A stretch of 64,000 bases of DNA from an uncultured Candidatus Saccharibacteria bacterium. GTDB lineage: Bacteria > Patescibacteriota > Minisyncoccia > Phycocordibacterales > UBA918. Where the stretch lies: positions 5,300-69,299 of the forward strand of contig CAZVFY010000002.1 of NCBI GenBank assembly GCA_964626635.1. The letters are read 5' to 3'. The translations under genes were made by a program, and so were the position numbers. Under the pieces are notes generated by a model. It worked only from the letters and a program-made list of their open reading frames with translations. It did no database searches and was not told the DNA's origin. Below are positions 60,101 through 64,000 of this stretch, piece by piece; within the stretch, counting starts at the first letter, position 1; every line of letters starts with the position of its first letter.

Positions 60101-60838
60101 GAGGAAGTGTTCGAGAAGCGACAACCGAAGATCCCAGCCGTGATTACTAAATACGATGGGGTCGTGACCGACATCCGCACCGAAGGGTCAGAAAAGATCC
60201 TGGTGGTCGCACCAGACATGGGCGCCGAAGGTGCACCAAAGAAAAAGGATACGACCGAATATTCTGTGCACCCACGACGTGTGATGACGGTCAGCAAGGG
60301 CGACACGGTAAAGCGTGGTCAGCTATTGACGGACGGTTCGGCGTTGTTGCCAGAGTTATTCAAGTACGCGGGCAAGTCTGTAACGCAGGATTACATTATT
60401 TCTGAAGTGAACAAAATCTATGAACTACAGGGTGTGACGATCGCGCGCAAGCACATCGAACTGATCGTCAAACAAATGACCTCACGCTTCCGCATTACTG
60501 AACGCGGTGACTCACGGTTCACGACTGGCGAAGTGGTCGAGGAGTGGATCATGGAAGAGGAAAATAATAAGCTGAAAGAGTTGGGCAAGCCGATCGCCAA
60601 GGGTGAGCGATTGATCCTCGGTATTACCGAGACATCGCTGTCGCGCAAATCATTTCTCTCGGCAGCATCATTCCAGAACACGACGCGCGTACTGATCAAT
60701 GCCGCGGTCAAGGGCAGTCATGACGACCTATCTGGACTAATGGAAAACGTTATCATCGGCAAGCTTATCCCGGCCGGAACTGGCTTTAAGGGGTCAGAAA
60801 AGCACGATATGATTGAGCGATTGCAAGCTGAGCAGTAA
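57146..60838 (+). CDS. rpoC: DNA-directed RNA polymerase subunit beta'
   Basis: Zinc finger CSCKKYRGIRYKGIICEKCG; active site NADFDGDQM; 1230 aa. Confidence 0.95.
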   Translation: MSEATTTNTAPEKKEFRKPPMQPTNYTGVSLKLADPAQILDWSWGEITKPETINYRTQRPEKHGLFDERIFGPVEDYECSCKKYRGIRYKGIICEKCGVEITRSIVRRDRMGHIDLCVPVSHIWFLRGVPSRIAMILGITASSVEKVIYFAGYIVTNVSESDRARILGELDTEFKTKLKSLQNEDAREALQTRADETKKEINAIQQGVVLDETTFHKYSIKYSTLFEARIGAEAIYDLFKQIDLPELVQKLEEQYTKAGAMERAKLDKRLTLIRGMVTSGVRPEWMFLTRIPVVPPAIRPMVALEGGRHASSDLNDLYRRVINRNNRLKKLIDIMAPDVILRNEKRIMQEAVDALIDNSIRHGGGASAMNTAQRRPLKSLSDYLKSKQGYFRQNLLGKRVDYSGRSVIVIGPELALDECGLPKHMALELFRPFVIAKLLERELAYNIRGAGRLIEDGVPEVWAILEEVIGNRHVLLNRAPTLHRQGIQAFRPVLIEGNAIQVHPLVCKAFNADFDGDQMAVHVPLSEEAQTEAREIISANNNILKPGSGEPVVSEGFMDIALGAFWMTHAIEGGHGAGKYFSSPNDAINAYDYGLIDFRAKIKVLSTDTPKYAQYEGAVFETTVGRLLFNSVLPSDHAFVNAQLGQRELFAIIIDLIDEQGTAIVPKMVDKIKRNGFRYATKSGTTWGIDEVVVPEEKAAIVAAARAEEQEILEHYNEGLLTREERRRLITAIWHKTKDAIEKKIEENMDPEGSAYTMWKSGARGSIRQISQMTGMKGLIVNTRGETIEAPVISSFKEGLSPIEYFNTTHGSRKGLADTALQTAKAGYLTRRLFVVAQDAIVTEADCGTKDGITINRISASGIEIAFSKAIKGRILAADAVDAKGNVIFKKGHLLSRVDAIAVEGTTCESVVVRSPMTCRTMRGVCQQCYGVDLTKNALIDIGEAVGTIAAQAIGEPGTQLTMNTKHKAGTATAEGDVAQGLPRVEEVFEKRQPKIPAVITKYDGVVTDIRTEGSEKILVVAPDMGAEGAPKKKDTTEYSVHPRRVMTVSKGDTVKRGQLLTDGSALLPELFKYAGKSVTQDYIISEVNKIYELQGVTIARKHIELIVKQMTSRFRITERGDSRFTTGEVVEEWIMEEENNKLKELGKPIAKGERLILGITETSLSRKSFLSAASFQNTTRVLINAAVKGSHDDLSGLMENVIIGKLIPAGTGFKGSEKHDMIERLQAEQ

Positions 60839-60861
60839 TCACGTACAGGATAAAAAGTACA

Positions 60862-60896
60862 AAACCAGCGCCGTCGTAGACGGCGCTGGTTTTGTT
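60862..60896 (+). terminator. intrinsic terminator after rpoC
   Basis: AAAACCAGCGCCGTC-GTAG-ACGGCGCTGGTTTTGTT. Confidence 0.8.
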
Positions 60897-61029
60897 ACGT
60901 AAACAAAATAGTAGCGGGAAACGAAGCATCTGCCGCCGGCTACTGTAGGCGAAGCCGCTGAGATTGCTGCTACTACTTTGTGCTCAAGTACAATGAGAAA
61001 GCCCCGGCGGATTCCGGGGCTTTGGACGT

Positions 61030-61182
61030 TCAGCGGCAGATTCCGGTGAATGCATCGATTGCCGAAAAGAACATTGATCCGGCTGCCATTGCCAGAACTG
61101 ATCCCAGCGCAACCAGAATTGCAATTGCAAACATTACAATGCAAGCGGTTGCAAAGAAACTTATTGCCATATCTAAGTCCAT
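61030..61182 (-). CDS. small hydrophobic protein (50 aa), not in the ORF track
   Basis: Minus-strand AAAGGAGGTTGGG-ATG SD plus start; MDLDMAISFFATACIVMFAIAILVALGSVLAMAAGSMFFSAIDAFTGICR; followed by hairpin AAAGCCCCGG-AATCCG-CCGGGGCTTT at 60998-61023. Confidence 0.4.
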   Translation of the reverse strand: MDLDMAISFFATACIVMFAIAILVALGSVLAMAAGSMFFSAIDAFTGICR

Positions 61183-61277
61183 CCCAACCTCCTTTAACTA
61201 GACTATTGTAAAATAGTATAAATGTGTATTATGTCAACACTTCGCCACGCCCTCAACTTTCCCGTATACTGTGGGCA

Positions 61278-63056
61278 ATGAGCGATGCAGTCCAACAAAT
61301 TAAAGACCAATTGTCGATCATCGACGTCATCGCGCCATACGTTGAACTAAAAAAAGCCGGCAAAAACTACAAAGGCAAATCACCCTTTTCGTCCGAACGC
61401 ACCCCGTCATTTTATGTCTCGCCCGAGCGGGGGATGTACTACTGTTTTTCAACTAACCAGGGCGGGGATATGTTCAATTTTGTGCAGGCCATGGAAGGCG
61501 TGGATTTTAAGGGGGCGCTGACGCAACTGGCCGAAAAGGCGGGTGTCGAACTGGTCCGCGAAGACCCCAAGACCCGCAATGAGCGCGAGCAAATCTACGC
61601 CGCCCTCGCGGATGCAGCGGCGTACTACGCGACACAATTACAAGCGACCTGTGACGCGACTGGATACCTCGAGCGGCGTGGCGTCCACGCGCGGACCATC
61701 GAAGCGTGGCAGATCGGCTATGCGCCTGGTCCGCCAGCGCGAGGCTGGCGCGAGCTACGCAGCGTCCTCAATAAATCTGGGTATGCCGACACGGACTTGG
61801 TGCGCGCCGGTTTGATCAAGTACCCGCAGACAGAGGGCGCGCAGAAAAAAGAACCGTTCGATGTCTTTCGCGATCGAATTGTCTTTCCGATGAGTGACCC
61901 CAGTGGGCGAGTCGTGGCGTTTTCAGGGCGGATCCTCAGTGCAGATTCGGATGCTCCTAAATATGTGAACTCTCCCGAAACATCCTTGTATAAAAAGTCC
62001 GAGCTACTGTTTGGCTATGACAAAGCCAAAAATCACATCCGCACCCTCGGATTTACGTTGGTGGTGGAGGGGCAGTTCGATGTCGTTATGTGTCATCAGG
62101 CCGGGTACACCAACACCGTCGCCGTGTCCGGCACCGCCATGACCTCGCACCACGTGACGCTCCTCGAGCGACTCAGTAACCGGGCTGTGCTCGCGCTTGA
62201 TCGGGATCGCGCGGGGATCGCCGCCATGCGTAAGGCGGCCGAGCTGATGCTGGCGCGCGGTATGGATGTCAAGGTTGCGCGGTTTCCGGATGGGCAAGAC
62301 CCAGCAGATGTCATCGCTGCTGATCTGTCGTTGTTTAAGAAGACTATCAAAAACGCCGTCACGGTCATCGAATTTTTCCTCGCAGAAACACTTGCTTCCC
62401 ACGCTGATCCACGAGCGCGCAAGCGTGCCGTCCGCGCGGAACTGCTGCCGCTCGTGGCGCTCATTCCTGATCACATCGAACAAGAGCATTTCGTCGGCGT
62501 GATTGCCGAGGGGATCGATGCCAGTCGCGACGCCATCAGGCATGAACTAGAGCGAGTCCGCGTACCTGACACCGCTGACTCGGCGCATATCTCGCGCTCA
62601 CTCGTACCCCAGTCCGAGTCAGCAGTAGTAAGCCCAGACGCACCAGCCAGTGACGCGCCACGTCGTACCAAGGCAGATCTGCGCGCGCGCCTGTATCTCG
62701 AGGCGATCGTCGAGCTGAACCCGCAAGGGGTGGGGGAGAGGCTACGGTTACAATTAGCGGACTTGACCCAAAAAAATATCGAATCGACCGAGAGCGAACG
62801 AGCCCAAGTGTTGTTCGAGCTAGAAACACAGCTCGATTCATTCAAGCGTAGCGAGGTGCTCGAAACGGTTGTAAGTCGACTGAATTATGTGCGTAGTAAC
62901 GAGTTGAAGACCCAGTTAGCCACTCTGCGTCGCGAGTTAACCGCAGTTGAATCTGGTCAGGTGACTGGCCGAACTGCAGCGGATATTTTAAAGGATATGC
63001 AAGCCGTTGCCGGGGCGCTGCGCGCCCCGGCCTACACCGCAGCCGATTTCGCATAA
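61278..63056 (+). CDS. dnaG: DNA primase with degenerate zinc-binding domain
   Basis: N-terminus aligns with the DnaG zinc-ribbon region ([14 protein letters not shown]....[10 protein letters not shown]), but three of four Zn ligands are Ser/Thr; TOPRIM domain ([18 protein letters not shown]); TATACT box 7 nt upstream. Confidence 0.85.
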   Translation: MSDAVQQIKDQLSIIDVIAPYVELKKAGKNYKGKSPFSSERTPSFYVSPERGMYYCFSTNQGGDMFNFVQAMEGVDFKGALTQLAEKAGVELVREDPKTRNEREQIYAALADAAAYYATQLQATCDATGYLERRGVHARTIEAWQIGYAPGPPARGWRELRSVLNKSGYADTDLVRAGLIKYPQTEGAQKKEPFDVFRDRIVFPMSDPSGRVVAFSGRILSADSDAPKYVNSPETSLYKKSELLFGYDKAKNHIRTLGFTLVVEGQFDVVMCHQAGYTNTVAVSGTAMTSHHVTLLERLSNRAVLALDRDRAGIAAMRKAAELMLARGMDVKVARFPDGQDPADVIAADLSLFKKTIKNAVTVIEFFLAETLASHADPRARKRAVRAELLPLVALIPDHIEQEHFVGVIAEGIDASRDAIRHELERVRVPDTADSAHISRSLVPQSESAVVSPDAPASDAPRRTKADLRARLYLEAIVELNPQGVGERLRLQLADLTQKNIESTESERAQVLFELETQLDSFKRSEVLETVVSRLNYVRSNELKTQLATLRRELTAVESGQVTGRTAADILKDMQAVAGALRAPAYTAADFA

Positions 63057-63100
63057 GCAGGGTGGACAAACTGGTAATTTTCTGTAATAGTACCAGCCAC

Positions 63101-64000
63101 ATGCCTACGTCCAATAAGGCCACAATCAAAGAAAACAACAAAGCCGCTACCGCAGCGGCCGCACAAAAAAAATCTGTAAAAAAGACACCGGCAGTTAGCA
63201 AAGCTACGCCAAAACAGTCTAAAGCAGCTCGTGTCCTCGCCGCCAAATCTGCCGAACTCATGCAGCTCGGTAAAGAGCGAGGGTATGTGACGTACGACGA
63301 ATTATTGCGTTCATTTCCAGAGGTGGAAACAAATGTTGAATTTCTCGATGACATGTACGAAAAATTTAGTATTGCCGGCATTGACGTGCTGCAGTCTGGG
63401 GGACTCCTCGGTGAAGACCCAAGTGTCAGCGTCATTGCCCAAAAGAATTCGTTCAAGCGCAGCGAAGGTGGCTACGATTCGATCCAGATGTACTTACGCG
63501 AGATTGGACAGTACCCACTACTGAATGCCCAGCAAGAAAAAGACCTGGCCAAGCGCATCGAGGAGGGTGACGAAGAGGCACGTAATTTGCTGGCGCGATC
63601 AAACCTGCGCCTCGTAGTGTCGATTGCCAAGAAATACGTCGGCCGATCTCCGGACCTCACGTTACTTGATCTTATCCAAGAGGGAAACTTGGGACTGTTC
63701 AAGGCCGTTGATAAATTTGATTTTACTAAGGGCTTCAAGTTCTCGACCTACGCCACGTGGTGGATCCGCCAAGCGATCACTCGCGCGCTGGCTGACCAAT
63801 CACGCACCATCCGCATCCCGGTCCACATGGTCGAGACGATGGCGAAATACAAACAAGTCTCGCGGCGATTAGCCCAAGACCTCGGTCGTGATCCGATGCC
63901 AGAAGAGATCGCCACTGAAATGAACGTCGAAGTCGAAAAGATCTATCAGATCGAGAAAATTTCCCAAGATACGATCTCGCTCGAGCTGCCAGTGGGGGAC
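63101..64000 (+). CDS. rpoD: RNA polymerase primary sigma factor (3' partial, runs off the window end)
   Basis: Hand translation from ATG 63101 gives regions 1.2-2.4 ([55 protein letters not shown]); absent from the ORF track because it has no stop; classic dnaG-rpoD order. Confidence 0.85.
   Translation, partial: MPTSNKATIKENNKAATAAAAQKKSVKKTPAVSKATPKQSKAARVLAAKSAELMQLGKERGYVTYDELLRSFPEVETNVEFLDDMYEKFSIAGIDVLQSGGLLGEDPSVSVIAQKNSFKRSEGGYDSIQMYLREIGQYPLLNAQQEKDLAKRIEEGDEEARNLLARSNLRLVVSIAKKYVGRSPDLTLLDLIQEGNLGLFKAVDKFDFTKGFKFSTYATWWIRQAITRALADQSRTIRIPVHMVETMAKYKQVSRRLAQDLGRDPMPEEIATEMNVEVEKIYQIEKISQDTISLELPVGD

Noticed and set aside
60839-61144. 101 aa minus-strand ORF after rpoC
   Set aside because: Cys/Gly-rich, non-ATG start, no SD. 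The same region in another frame holds a 50 aa ORF with a perfect SD and terminator, which is preferred.
62842-63456. 204 aa minus-strand ORF overlapping the dnaG end and rpoD start
   Set aside because: Plus-strand translation from ATG 63101 gives unmistakable sigma-70 regions 1.2-2.4. rpoD is missing from the ORF track only because it has no stop inside the window.

Overview
This 64 kb window looks like part of a compact, reduced bacterial chromosome. The cell type appears Gram-positive-like (monoderm): a sortase, type IV pilin-like genes and minimised housekeeping proteins suggest a Saccharibacteria/CPR-like lineage, but that is inference from gene content only. Most of the window is core machinery. 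It includes a pentose-phosphate cluster (gap, rpiB, rpe-like, split transketolase), ribosomal proteins (L25, L31, S2, L32, S16), tsf, prfA, pheS/pheT, thrS, gyrB, dnaE, rnhB, a nusB-Nudix fusion, rnc, a short hinge-less smc, rnr, trmD, rpoB/rpoC, dnaG and a 3' truncated rpoD. There is one tRNA-Thr followed by a degenerate partial copy. The accessory content has five parts. First, a ~7.4 kb island sits inside the conserved rpsP-KH-trmD operon. It carries a five-member paralogous family of signal-anchored proteins, a 978 aa Calx-beta plus M23-peptidase-like protein with no signal peptide, and four copies of a ~100 nt two-hairpin repeat. Simple-sequence repeats lie exactly at frameshift or truncation points in two paralogs, with further tracts in the others, pointing to a phase-variable contingency locus. 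Second, a sortase is next to a 902 aa repeat-rich surface protein whose sorting-signal-like motif is internal. Third, three tandem type IV pilin genes are inserted between rnc and smc. Fourth, a GC-rich gene carries a VPLPA/PEP-CTERM-like tail. Fifth, a GT2 processive glycosyltransferase pair lies next to the tRNA. Across the window many genes lack a Shine-Dalgarno sequence and have a TAYACT -10 box 6-9 nt before the ATG, suggesting widespread leaderless transcripts; a minority have strong SD sites.
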